In this document: positions 37,502 through 46,640 of the stretch, in pieces | Numbering within the stretch: the stretch's first letter is position 1 | How the letters are laid out: every line of letters starts with the position of its first letter | From: an uncultured Anaerolineales bacterium | GTDB taxonomy: Bacteria; Chloroflexota; Anaerolineae; CG2-30-64-16 | DNA: 64,000 nt | Direction of reading: 5' to 3' | Assembly (NCBI GenBank): GCA_964614645.1 | Contig: CAZTMA010000001.1 | Span: forward strand, 1,295 to 65,294 | Translations under genes and position numbers: made by a program | Notes under the pieces: model-generated | What the model saw: only the letters and a program-made list of their open reading frames with translations | Told to the model about the DNA's origin: nothing | Database searches by the model: none

Positions 37502-38335
37502 TCATGCTTCATTTTTGCCGGTGCACCAGACGATGTGTGCCGGATAGTCCTCCACTTTCGTGAAGCCAATCTTCAGCGCAGTGGCCCAGGAAGGACGATT
37601 TTCCGCATAGCAGTGCCATCCGATGCGGGCGATGCTGCGGGCCAGCGCGTGCTCGATGAACGCGACGCCCGTCGCAGTCGCCAGACCCTTCCCCTGGTAG
37701 GGCGGCAGCGTCGCAATGCCCACCTCGCAGCGGTCGCCGGTGTTGTACTCCGACAGGCACCACCCGGCCAGCGCCTCTTCCGTGACCGGACAGATGCCGA
37801 AGCTGCGCGCCAGAAAGTCCTCCACCGACGCACGCTCGGAGGTCATCTCCTCGCGCAGGTCAGCGAGATTGGCCAGGTGGCCGGCTGCAAGCAACCGCGC
37901 ATCCGCCGGGTGCAGCGCATAGCCCTCGGGCAGCCGCGCCGGAGCGAGAGGCCGGCCCGCGACGTATTCGTAATACTGGCGCTCCGTCCGGATGGGGGCC
38001 AGGCCCGGCAGCAGGCGGTCGATGTAGTCCCCCCACCCCACCGGTGCATAACAAAGCTGGAACACGGGCACGCCCTCTGCCCGGGCCGCGGGGTGGATGA
38101 CATCGGCCAGCAGGCGCCCGCACAGCTCAGCCGTCCGGCGCGCAGGCGTGCCCGCCAGATACAAACGGCGGTGGCGCACGTCGACCAGCGCGACCTCCGG
38201 GTGCACGGGATCGTCCGCATAGACATCCGCGTCGATGTCCCCGCGCAGCGCGGCGACGACGGGCAGGTGGCTGTCCATACCCGCAAAGAGGGGCTGGACG
38301 ATGGGATATGCGGCAGGTGTAATCAGAATCATGGG
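37502..38335 (-). CDS. GNAT-family N-acetyltransferase (two-lobed)
   Basis: Only the last 277 codons of the 790-aa antisense ORF look protein-like (MILITPAAY...GIATLPPYQGKGLATA...). Start at the ATG at 38335. Confidence 0.7.
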   Translation of the reverse strand, partial: PMILITPAAYPIVQPLFAGMDSHLPVVAALRGDIDADVYADDPVHPEVALVDVRHRRLYLAGTPARRTAELCGRLLADVIHPAARAEGVPVFQLCYAPVGWGDYIDRLLPGLAPIRTERQYYEYVAGRPLAPARLPEGYALHPADARLLAAGHLANLADLREEMTSERASVEDFLARSFGICPVTEEALAGWCLSEYNTGDRCEVGIATLPPYQGKGLATATGVAFIEHALARSIARIGWHCYAENRPSWATALKIGFTKVEDYPAHIVWCTGKNEA

Positions 38336-38467
38336 CGTAATGTACTCCAGAAACCCGCTTTCTGCCAGAAAACGGGTTTCTGCTCCGCATTGAGTTGGGC
38401 TGCGCGCCGCTTCGTGATACACTATCCATACTTTATCTGTCCCGCTGCTCCACGAAGGAGACCCCCA

Positions 38468-40366
38468 ATGCTTCAAACACCACATTTCGCGCCCCTGCCC
38501 CTGGGCTCGATCCGGCCCGCCGGCTGGCTGGCCCGCCAGTTGCGCATCCAGGCCGACGGCATCAGCGGCCGGCTCGACGAATTCTGGCCCGACATTCAGC
38601 GCAGCGGCTGGTTCGGCGGCGACACCGAAAGCTGGGAGCGCGCCCCTTACTGGCTGGACGGCCTCGTGCCGCTGGCGTTCCTGCTGGATGACCCGATCCT
38701 CAAGGACAAGGTGCACCGCTACGTCGGCTATATCATCGAGCATCAGGCTGCGGATGGCTGGCTGGGGCCGCGGCAGATGGTTGCGGGCGCCGGGCAGGCT
38801 GTCCAGCCCAGCTACGACCTGTGGGCGCAATTGCTTGCGCTGAAGGTGCTGGTGCAGTATGCGGACGCAACCGGCGATGTGCGGGCGACCGCCGCGCTGG
38901 AGCGGGCCTTGCGCTGCATCGACCGGGTGATCGACCGCGCGCCGCTCTTCAACTGGGGCCAGTTCCGCTGGTTCGAGGCGCTGATCGGCATCTACTGGCT
39001 TTACGAGCGGACGGGCGAGCCGTGGCTGTATGACCTGGCCATCAAGCTGCACGCGCAGGGGTTCGACTGGCCGGCCTTTTTTGCGCGCTGGCCCGTGACA
39101 GAGCCGACGCCGCATGGCCGCTGGAACTTTGCGGGCCACGTCGTCAACAACGCGATGGCCCCGAAGGGCCCGGCGCTGTGGTGGCGGCTCACCGGGGAGG
39201 AGCGAGATCGCGTCGCGGCCTACGACATCATTGCGAAGCTGGACCAGTATCACGGCATGGTGACGGGCGTCTTCTCGGGCGACGAGTGCCTGGCGGGGCT
39301 GAGCCCCACTCAGGGCACGGAGCTGTGCGCGGTCGTGGAATACGCCTACTCGTTGGAGCATCTCCTGGCGCTCCTGGGCGATCCGGCCTTCGGTGACCGG
39401 CTGGAAAAGATCGTGTTCAACGCGCTGCCTGCGACCTTCTCGCCCGACATGTGGGCGCACCAGTACGACCAGCAGGTCAACCAGGTCGAGTGCAGCATCC
39501 GGCCGGACCGGACGTGGAACACCAACGGCCCCGAGTCCAACATCTTCGGCGTGGAGCCGAACTACGGCTGCTGCACTGCCAACCTGAGCCAGGGCTGGCC
39601 GAAGTTCGCCGCGCACCTGTGGATGGCGACGCAGGACGGCGGGCTGGCCGCGGTCGCGTATGCGCCGAGCCGCGTCGAGACGACCGTGCAGGGGCAGGCG
39701 GTCACCGTCGAGCTGGACACGGATTACCCGTTCCGCGAGACGCTGCGGTTCAGCGTGACGGCTGCCGCGCCGGTGCGTTTCCCGCTGCACCTGCGCATCC
39801 CCGCCTGGGCGCAGGGTGCGGAGGTCCGCGTGGCGGGCGAGGCAGCGACCTCCGCCCGGCCCGGCAGCTTCCACCGTGTCGAGCGCGCGTGGACCGGCAC
39901 GACGGAAATTGTGCTACATCTGCCGATGCGCCCCGCCCTCGTGTCGCGGCCGAGCCGGACCGTGGCAGTCGAGCGCGGGCCGCTGGTGTATGCGCTGCGC
40001 ATTGGGGAGGACTGGCGCCGTGTGCACGCAGACAAGCCCTATCGCGAGCTGCCCCACGCGGACTGGGAGGTGTATCCCACGACGCCGTGGAACTATGCAT
40101 TGGCCGTCGGCAGGTCGGCAGAGGACGCCATCACGTTTATCGAGCAGCCCATTGGCCCGCTGCCGTTCTCACCGGAGGGCGCACCGGTCATCGCGACGGC
40201 GCAGGCGCGCCGTGTGCCAGCGTGGCAGATGGAGAACGGGTCCGCCGGCGAGCTGCCTGCCGGGCCCGTCACGTCGGACGAACCCCTGGAGCAGGTGACG
40301 CTCATCCCGTACGGCTGCACGAACCTGCGCATCACCGAATTTCCCATCCTGGAGTCACATACATGA
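38468..40366 (+). CDS. Glycoside hydrolase family 127-like (DUF1680, beta-L-arabinofuranosidase type)
   Basis: Begins MLQTPHFAPLPLGSIRPAGWLARQ...SGRLDEFWPDI...APYWLDGLVPLA, as GH127 N-termini do. The ORF-track 998-aa call carries about 365 aa of non-coding-looking N-extension. Confidence 0.75.
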   Translation: MLQTPHFAPLPLGSIRPAGWLARQLRIQADGISGRLDEFWPDIQRSGWFGGDTESWERAPYWLDGLVPLAFLLDDPILKDKVHRYVGYIIEHQAADGWLGPRQMVAGAGQAVQPSYDLWAQLLALKVLVQYADATGDVRATAALERALRCIDRVIDRAPLFNWGQFRWFEALIGIYWLYERTGEPWLYDLAIKLHAQGFDWPAFFARWPVTEPTPHGRWNFAGHVVNNAMAPKGPALWWRLTGEERDRVAAYDIIAKLDQYHGMVTGVFSGDECLAGLSPTQGTELCAVVEYAYSLEHLLALLGDPAFGDRLEKIVFNALPATFSPDMWAHQYDQQVNQVECSIRPDRTWNTNGPESNIFGVEPNYGCCTANLSQGWPKFAAHLWMATQDGGLAAVAYAPSRVETTVQGQAVTVELDTDYPFRETLRFSVTAAAPVRFPLHLRIPAWAQGAEVRVAGEAATSARPGSFHRVERAWTGTTEIVLHLPMRPALVSRPSRTVAVERGPLVYALRIGEDWRRVHADKPYRELPHADWEVYPTTPWNYALAVGRSAEDAITFIEQPIGPLPFSPEGAPVIATAQARRVPAWQMENGSAGELPAGPVTSDEPLEQVTLIPYGCTNLRITEFPILESHT

Positions 40367-41130
40367 AGATCAACGTTGCCAAACAGAAGATGCTGGCCGG
40401 GGAGCCGGTCGTCGGCTACTCGCTGAAGCTGCCTTCTCTCGTCGTTGCGGAGTTCATGGGCCGTTGCGGCGCGGATTTCCTCTACCTCGACACCCAGCAT
40501 GGGTCATGGGGCGAGGATTCGGTGATCGAGGGCCTGGCTGCGGTCAGCAGCGGGCCATCCACCCCGATGGCGCGCGTCTCGTCCAATCGCTTCCACCGCA
40601 TCGGCCGGCTGCTGGACGCTGGCGCGCTGGGCATCATCGTGCCGCTCATTAACACGCGTGAGGAAGCGCAGGCCGCGGCAGACGCGTGCCGCTTCCCGCC
40701 GGTCGGGACCCGCTCCTACGGCACAGGCCGCTGCCTTGTCTACGGCGATGACTATCCGGAATGGATCAACGAGCAGATCTTCGTCGCGGTGCAGATCGAG
40801 ACCGTTGAGGCCGTCAACAACGCTGAGGCGATCCTCTCCGTGCCTGGCGTGGACGGGTGCATGGTCGGCCCTGCGGACCTCTCGCTGTCGCTCGGTTTCC
40901 CGCCGAGGGAGGCTCCGCACAGGGAGGAACACGCGCGGGCGCTGGAACGGGTGCTGGATGCCTGCCGCAACACAGGCAAGATTCCCGGCATCGACACCGG
41001 GAACATCGAACAGGCAGTGAGGTGGGGCCGCAACGGCTATCAGTTCCTGGTCATCAGCGCGGACCTGCGCCTTCTCTCCGCCGCTGCGACGGCCGGCGTC
41101 CGCGAGGCGCGCCAGCTGCTCGCCAGTTAA
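40364..41130 (+). CDS. HpcH/HpaI family 2-keto-3-deoxy-sugar-acid aldolase
   Basis: MKINVAKQKMLAGEPVVG...FLYLDTQHG..., about 255 aa. ATGA overlap with the GH127 stop. Confidence 0.8.
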
Positions 41131-41189
41131 AGAATGCTCATTCGTAATTCATAATTCTCAATTCTAAATTGGATTTCATCGAGGTCTGC

Positions 41190-42164
41190 ATGAAGAAAGT
41201 ACTGCTGCTCTACTATGATATGCCCGACGACGCGGTTACCCTGCTGTACAACGGCGCGCAGGTCATCGGCCCGCTGCGGCCCACCGACCCCTGGCTGGAC
41301 GCGCTGCCGGAGGCGGACGGCATCGTCACCAACGTGCCATACAAGTTCACCCCTGACGTGCTGGACCGGGTCACGCGGGCGCGTGTCATCGGCCGGCCCG
41401 GCATCGGCGTCGATAACATCGACGTGGCTGCCGCGTCCGCGCGGGATATCCTGGTAGTCAACACGCCCGACGGTCCCACCCTGCCCGTTGTCGAAAACAC
41501 CATCGGGTGGCTGATCGCGCTGGCCCACAACACCTTCCCCGGGGATCGCATCGCGCGCGAGGAGGGCTGGGCACGGCGACCCGTCCTGCGGGGCATGGAC
41601 CTCGCCGGCAAGACCATCGGGCTGGTCGGCATCGGGCGCATCGGCAGCCGGGTGGCGACCATCTGCGCGCAGGCCCTCGGCATGCGCGTCATCTCATATG
41701 ACCCCTACGTCAACCCGCAGCGCAGTCGGGAGCTCGGCATCGAGTCCGTGGATTCGCTCGACGCGCTGCTCCCCGTGGTGGACGTGCTCTCGTTGCACTG
41801 CCCGCTCTCCGTAGAGACGCGCGGCCTCATTGGTGAACGCGAACTCGGGCTGATGAAGCCGGGTGCGTACCTCATCAACACGGCGCGCGGGCCGGTCGTC
41901 GATGAGTCCGCACTTGCCTCCGCGCTGCGCACGCAACGGCTGGCCGGCGCCGCGGTGGATGTCTTTGTCACCGAACCCCTGCCCGCGGGCCATCCCTTCG
42001 TGGAGCTGGACAACATCATCCTGTCGCCGCATTCCGCCTCGTTCACGAACGAGGGCATCTATCGCATGACGATGGGTTGCATCGAGCAGGTCCTGATGGT
42101 GTTAAGAGACGAGTGCCCGCCGCACCTGGTCAATCCGGAAGTGTGGCTGCGCCGACGGCCCTGA
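41190..42164 (+). CDS. D-isomer-specific 2-hydroxyacid dehydrogenase (PGDH-like)
   Basis: GIGVDNIDV and the NAD-binding GLVGIGRIGSRVA motif. Catalytic R/E/H region present. Confidence 0.85.
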   Translation: MKKVLLLYYDMPDDAVTLLYNGAQVIGPLRPTDPWLDALPEADGIVTNVPYKFTPDVLDRVTRARVIGRPGIGVDNIDVAAASARDILVVNTPDGPTLPVVENTIGWLIALAHNTFPGDRIAREEGWARRPVLRGMDLAGKTIGLVGIGRIGSRVATICAQALGMRVISYDPYVNPQRSRELGIESVDSLDALLPVVDVLSLHCPLSVETRGLIGERELGLMKPGAYLINTARGPVVDESALASALRTQRLAGAAVDVFVTEPLPAGHPFVELDNIILSPHSASFTNEGIYRMTMGCIEQVLMVLRDECPPHLVNPEVWLRRRP

Positions 42165-42372
42165 CTCTGGGCGAACAACCTGCGTACATAGTTGTGGCAA
42201 ACAGTGTGCTTGTGCTTCACGGGCCTTGCATCCTGAGTGGCTTTCTCATATAATGTCTGCTGTGTGGATCGCATCTTCTCTTGTGTGAAACGCGGGCTTT
42301 CGCTCCATAATTCACACAGGAGAAAGAAATGCGCTGGCTGTATGCATTCCGGTAAGACAGGAGAGTGCGCTC

Positions 42373-43236
42373 ATGGCAGATTTCGGCTCCATCATCAAGC
42401 AGTTGAACGAGTTGAAGAAGGAGGTCGAGAAGGTCGGTCCGGACCTGGCTCCCAAGGTCGGAGAAATCAGTGATGCCCTTGGCCGATTGTCGGTCGAGGT
42501 TGGTGAAATGACGATCGAGCACCGCCCCCAGGTCGAGCCGCCCACGCGGCCGGGCCGGGAGATCGTCGGCGGTGCGGAAACGCAGGACTTCCCCGATTGC
42601 TGCGCGCTGGGGGACGACCGCGGGTACTACTGCTCAGGCACGCTCATCGCACCGAACGTAGTTGTGACGGCGGAGCACTGCCAGGGTCTGACGCGGGTCT
42701 ACCTGCGGGGCACCGACGTGACGAAGCCGGACGGCGCCGAGATTATCCCCATCGCGGAGGAATTCGTCCACCCCGAACTCGACCTGCGCGTCCTCGTGCT
42801 CAAGCACAACGCCGCTACCCCCCCGCGTACGGTCGGCCATGCAGCGCAGTTGGACGGCATCAAAGAGGTCACGCTTGTCGGCTTCGGCACGATCGACCCG
42901 GATGGCCGGTTCGGCTACGGCATCAAGCGCCGGGTGGACGTGCCCATCAAGACGTTCGACTGTGGGCAGATGGGCGAGGCGAAGCGGTTCGGTTGCCTGC
43001 CGGGCCGGGAGATTGTCGCCGGCCATGCAGGGCTGATGCTGGATTCGTGCAAGGGTGACAGCGGCGGGCCGCTCTACATCCAGCAGGATGGCGAGTTCTA
43101 CCTGCTGGGCGTGACCTCACGCGGCGCGCGGGGCGGGTTCCGCGAGTGCGGCGACGGCGGCATCTACGTGCGTGTGGACCTGTGCCTGGATTGGATTCGC
43201 GAAGTGACCGGCGCGGAAATCGCGCAGGCCGCGTGA
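42373..43236 (+). CDS. Cytoplasmic trypsin-like (S1) serine protease with a ~55-aa N-terminal coiled-coil extension (island gene A)
   Basis: IVGG...TAEHC (His)...GDSGGP (Ser). No signal peptide or TM segment. Confidence 0.8.
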   Translation: MADFGSIIKQLNELKKEVEKVGPDLAPKVGEISDALGRLSVEVGEMTIEHRPQVEPPTRPGREIVGGAETQDFPDCCALGDDRGYYCSGTLIAPNVVVTAEHCQGLTRVYLRGTDVTKPDGAEIIPIAEEFVHPELDLRVLVLKHNAATPPRTVGHAAQLDGIKEVTLVGFGTIDPDGRFGYGIKRRVDVPIKTFDCGQMGEAKRFGCLPGREIVAGHAGLMLDSCKGDSGGPLYIQQDGEFYLLGVTSRGARGGFRECGDGGIYVRVDLCLDWIREVTGAEIAQAA

Positions 43237-43260
43237 TCGCGGAGGGCAAGGAGGTCACCG

Positions 43261-44313
43261 ATGCCTAAGGAACTCAACCGCCAGGCCCACATGGTCCTGC
43301 GCGAGGCTCTGACCGGTCTCTATTGGGACGTGAAGGACATCAGGCTGGTCACGAAGGACGCAGGGCTCAATGTCGGACGTATCGGTTGGAACGAGGCGGC
43401 ACAGATCTCGTGGGAGAACGTCCTGAATGAGGCCAACAATCAAGGCTTGGTCAAGGTGCTGGCGCAGCGCGTGCTGAAGGATTACCCCAACGAAGAGCAG
43501 ATCAAGCTGGCTGCGGCAGGCGAACTGACCGCCATCCCAACCCCTTCGCTACCTGCGGAGGACCTGGCCCGCTTGAAGACGGGGGGCCGGCTCGAGAAGA
43601 TCATCGGTGCGGCGAGCACCTTCCGGCCGATCGGGTTCCTGGAGCGCGGCATGAAGGTCTCCCGTTCGGTGTGCCGTGTCGTTCTGCCGCTGAAGCCGGG
43701 CGAGGATAAGCCCGGCACCGGCAGCGGCTTCCTCATCGACGGCAACATTCTCATCACCAACCATCACGTGCTGCCCGATGCAGCGACGGCCCGCGCCGCG
43801 CATGTTGAATTCAACTATCAAACGGACGAATTGGGTGCGGAGCTGACGCCGACCCCCTATGACCTCGATCCGGACGCGCCCAATGGGTTCGCCACCTCGC
43901 TCCTGGATGAACAAGGTGGCGACGACTGGACCGCGGTCAAGGTCAAGGGCGATCCTGCGACGAAGTGGGGCACGCTGCGCATCTTCAAGCTGGAAGCAGA
44001 GGCCATGCCGAAGGAGAAGGATGAGGTCATCGTCATCCAGCATCCCGGCGGCGGACGCAAGCAGATTGCCCTGTCGCACAACACGGTTGTCGAGGCGAGT
44101 GAGCGGCGCGTCCAGTACCTGACCGACACCGCCGAAGGCTCATCAGGCTCCCCGGTGTTCGATGTGAAGTGGCGCGTGGTCGCGCTGCACCACGCTGGCG
44201 ACTGGCTGACCGGCGTGACGACCGGCAAACCGGTATATGCCAACCAGGGGATCCACATCAATCAGGTTATCGCCGGGTTGAGAAAAGCAGGAATGTTAAC
44301 GGACGGCTCTTGA
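43261..44313 (+). CDS. N-terminal ~70-aa helical adaptor (EAD-like, 'N-dom') fused to an active Trypsin_2-like serine protease (island gene B)
   Basis: ITNHHV (His), DDWTAV (Asp), GSSGSPV (Ser). N-dom L..LY......R.V.KDAGL...RI.....AQI.W..V..EA is shared with genes C, D and E. Confidence 0.75.
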   Translation: MPKELNRQAHMVLREALTGLYWDVKDIRLVTKDAGLNVGRIGWNEAAQISWENVLNEANNQGLVKVLAQRVLKDYPNEEQIKLAAAGELTAIPTPSLPAEDLARLKTGGRLEKIIGAASTFRPIGFLERGMKVSRSVCRVVLPLKPGEDKPGTGSGFLIDGNILITNHHVLPDAATARAAHVEFNYQTDELGAELTPTPYDLDPDAPNGFATSLLDEQGGDDWTAVKVKGDPATKWGTLRIFKLEAEAMPKEKDEVIVIQHPGGGRKQIALSHNTVVEASERRVQYLTDTAEGSSGSPVFDVKWRVVALHHAGDWLTGVTTGKPVYANQGIHINQVIAGLRKAGMLTDGS

Positions 44314-44325
44314 GGAGGTCGCATC

Positions 44326-44928
44326 ATGTCGTGGCACGCATCGCTCAGCCGGTTGGTCCAGGTCCTCGCGAATCTCTATGACACCGAAGCACAGGCTCGC
44401 ATTGTGGCGAAGGATGCCGGACTGGACCTGACGCGCATTCCTCTCAGTGGCAGCGCACAGATCTTCTGGGATGCCATCGTGACCGAAGCCCACAAACAGA
44501 ACTGCATGGAAGCGCTGGTGCAGCAGGCGCGGAGTGAGTTTCCCCTGAACGCAGAACTGCAGGCGACCTTGCAGGCAATTCAGCAGGACTATCTCGCCTG
44601 GCAGCAGGAGCCGGTCGTGGTTGAGCCAGCTGCCCCGCGCATCTACCAGCTCACGCCGCAGCAGAAACGGCCGCTTGTCGATGCGCTGCTCGGTTGCCCC
44701 ACGATGCAAGCCCGCCAGAGCCGGGACACTGTCGTAGAGGATCTGCGAGCAGATATCCGGAACAACGTCGAGCGGCACAACGCGCCGCGCCTGGATGTGA
44801 ACAGCATCGTCAGCACTGCGCTGGTCTACGCGGGCGGGCTCCAGGAACTGATCGAGGCCGTGCGCAACTACGAAGGCGACTCGCTGCCGATGATAGAAGT
44901 GGACCGGGTGATCGCTTCGTTCGGGTAA
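44326..44928 (+). CDS. Adaptor protein: N-dom + C-terminal ~90-aa helical 'X' domain (...GGL.ELIEAVR.YEGDSLPM..VDRVI..FG) (island gene C)
   Basis: By-eye alignment of its N-dom to gene B and of its X domain to genes D and E. Confidence 0.65.
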   Translation: MSWHASLSRLVQVLANLYDTEAQARIVAKDAGLDLTRIPLSGSAQIFWDAIVTEAHKQNCMEALVQQARSEFPLNAELQATLQAIQQDYLAWQQEPVVVEPAAPRIYQLTPQQKRPLVDALLGCPTMQARQSRDTVVEDLRADIRNNVERHNAPRLDVNSIVSTALVYAGGLQELIEAVRNYEGDSLPMIEVDRVIASFG

Positions 44929-44963
44929 GGCCATAGCGTCAGTTGCACAGGAGGGCCGGGGGG

Positions 44964-46640
44964 ATGGACGTCGCCAAACAGCGGGAAATCGTGGAGGCTC
45001 TCACTGCCTGTCCCAGCATGGGCAGCGAGCCGCGCCGCGACGCGGTCGTGGAAGAACTGCGCGAGAGCATCCGGTCTGCGATCGACCGCAGCGCGTCAGG
45101 CCGCGATGATGTGACGGCGATTGTCCGCGCCTGTCTCCAGTTCTTCAACGGGCTGGAGGAACTGGTGGCCGCGGTGCGCGTACGCGACGGGGACTCGCTT
45201 CCGATGCAGAACCTCGACCGGGTGATTCTGCGGGTGTTCGGCTTCGACCTGGCGGAGGAGGAGATGGGCCTGCGGTTGCTGACCGTGCTGGCGGGCATCC
45301 AGGCCGCACCGGACGACCTCCAGCGCACCTACCGGCGTCTCCTGCCGCCCGACGTGGCGCCCGCCCCGGATGCTCGCGGCCTGTTCAGCGTGTTGCCGCA
45401 TCTCTGGCAGATATCGCGTGAACTGGCGACGCAGAGCCGCACCGGCAACGTACCGATCCTCGACTTCGTCGAACAACTGGCGCGCGATGCGCCGGGCAGC
45501 GTCGCGGGCCAGTTGCGCGGCTGGGCAACCGAGGTGACATCCCTGGTGCTCTCGACCGGACCCGCGGGACGGCCGGCGGACATGGTTATGCGCGGCACCG
45601 GAACCGGCGACGGCGGGGTCAGCGCGCTGGACCCGCGGCTGGCCATCCTCGCCAGCGTGCTCGCGGCCCTCTATCCTTCTATAGAGGCGTCGGGTGAGCT
45701 GGTGGCCGCAGCGCGCCTGAATCCGGTCGGCATCGAGTTTCGCGAACTGCCCTCGCTCAACTGGCACAACATCCTGACGGCTGCCGCGCGGCGCGACCGC
45801 GTTAGCCACCTGGTCGAAGCTGCGCTGGCAGACCAGCCAGACAACCCCTGGCTGAAGGTGGCGCTGGGCCAGCAGCAGTCGGCTTATGAGCCCGAGGTGC
45901 GGCCTTCCGATGAGCCCACAGCGGTAGCGCAACCATCGCCGGCCGCGGGAAGCCCGCTGCCGGCCTGGCCGCAGCACGTCAGCTTTCTGGAAGAAGCCCT
46001 GAATCGCGCCCAGGCGGTGCTGCTCATCCAGTTACCAAATGGGGGCAGTGGTACCGGCTTCCTCGTACAAGGTGATCTCCTGATTACCGGTGGATTCAAC
46101 ATCCGCAATGTTGCCGAGGCACGCGAGGCTGTCGTCCGCTGCAATTTCCAGCGTACGATGGGAGAACTGATGACGACTTCTGAGGAGCTCCGCCTGTTGC
46201 CGGATCAAGGCTTTGCAACCACAGAGGATCGGCTATGGACTGCGGTGCGGGTTGCCAGGAAGCCGACTGAACGCTACGGCTATCTGCACCTTGAGCCGGC
46301 CAGCCCCCAGGTCAAGGATCGGGTCAGCCTGATCCATCATACCGGAGGCGGGCCGAAGCAACTGGAACTTCTAAATCGGATTGTAATTGATGTGGACAAA
46401 TCCAGTCTCCAGTATGACACGGAGAACCCCCTCCACAGCATCAAGCAGCCCGGGTCCGGGGGGGCGCCGATCTTCGATGTGAATTGGCGGGTCGTCGGGG
46501 TGCATCGTGCGCACGGCACGCTGAAGGCCCTTTCCGGTGGGGAGCGCCGTTGCAGCGAAGGGGTGCACATCAATGTCATCATCGAGGGGTTGAAGGCCGC
46601 CGGCCTGTATCTGGGCAAGGGGGAGGGTGAGACACCATGA
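44964..46640 (+). CDS. X domain + linker + N-dom + degenerate (His- and Ser-less) trypsin-like domain, a pseudoprotease (island gene D)
   Basis: Aligned to gene B, ITNHHV becomes ITGGFN and GSSGSPV becomes GSGGAPI. The X domain sits at the N-terminus (EELVAAVRVRDGDSLPMQNLDRVI). Confidence 0.65.
   Translation: MDVAKQREIVEALTACPSMGSEPRRDAVVEELRESIRSAIDRSASGRDDVTAIVRACLQFFNGLEELVAAVRVRDGDSLPMQNLDRVILRVFGFDLAEEEMGLRLLTVLAGIQAAPDDLQRTYRRLLPPDVAPAPDARGLFSVLPHLWQISRELATQSRTGNVPILDFVEQLARDAPGSVAGQLRGWATEVTSLVLSTGPAGRPADMVMRGTGTGDGGVSALDPRLAILASVLAALYPSIEASGELVAAARLNPVGIEFRELPSLNWHNILTAAARRDRVSHLVEAALADQPDNPWLKVALGQQQSAYEPEVRPSDEPTAVAQPSPAAGSPLPAWPQHVSFLEEALNRAQAVLLIQLPNGGSGTGFLVQGDLLITGGFNIRNVAEAREAVVRCNFQRTMGELMTTSEELRLLPDQGFATTEDRLWTAVRVARKPTERYGYLHLEPASPQVKDRVSLIHHTGGGPKQLELLNRIVIDVDKSSLQYDTENPLHSIKQPGSGGAPIFDVNWRVVGVHRAHGTLKALSGGERRCSEGVHINVIIEGLKAAGLYLGKGEGETP

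Noticed and set aside
37370-38467. N-terminal 365 aa of the 998-aa + ORF
   Set aside because: The recognisable GH127 N-terminus begins at Met 38468 behind an RBS. The upstream part overlaps the GNAT gene on the other strand and has no coherent composition.
37502-39874. 790-aa ORF on the - strand covering the GH127 gene
   Set aside because: Only the last ~277 codons (the GNAT-like region) look protein-like. The rest is antisense to a well-supported GH127 gene and reads as Arg/Ala/Pro-rich noise. The CDS was trimmed to 37502-38335.
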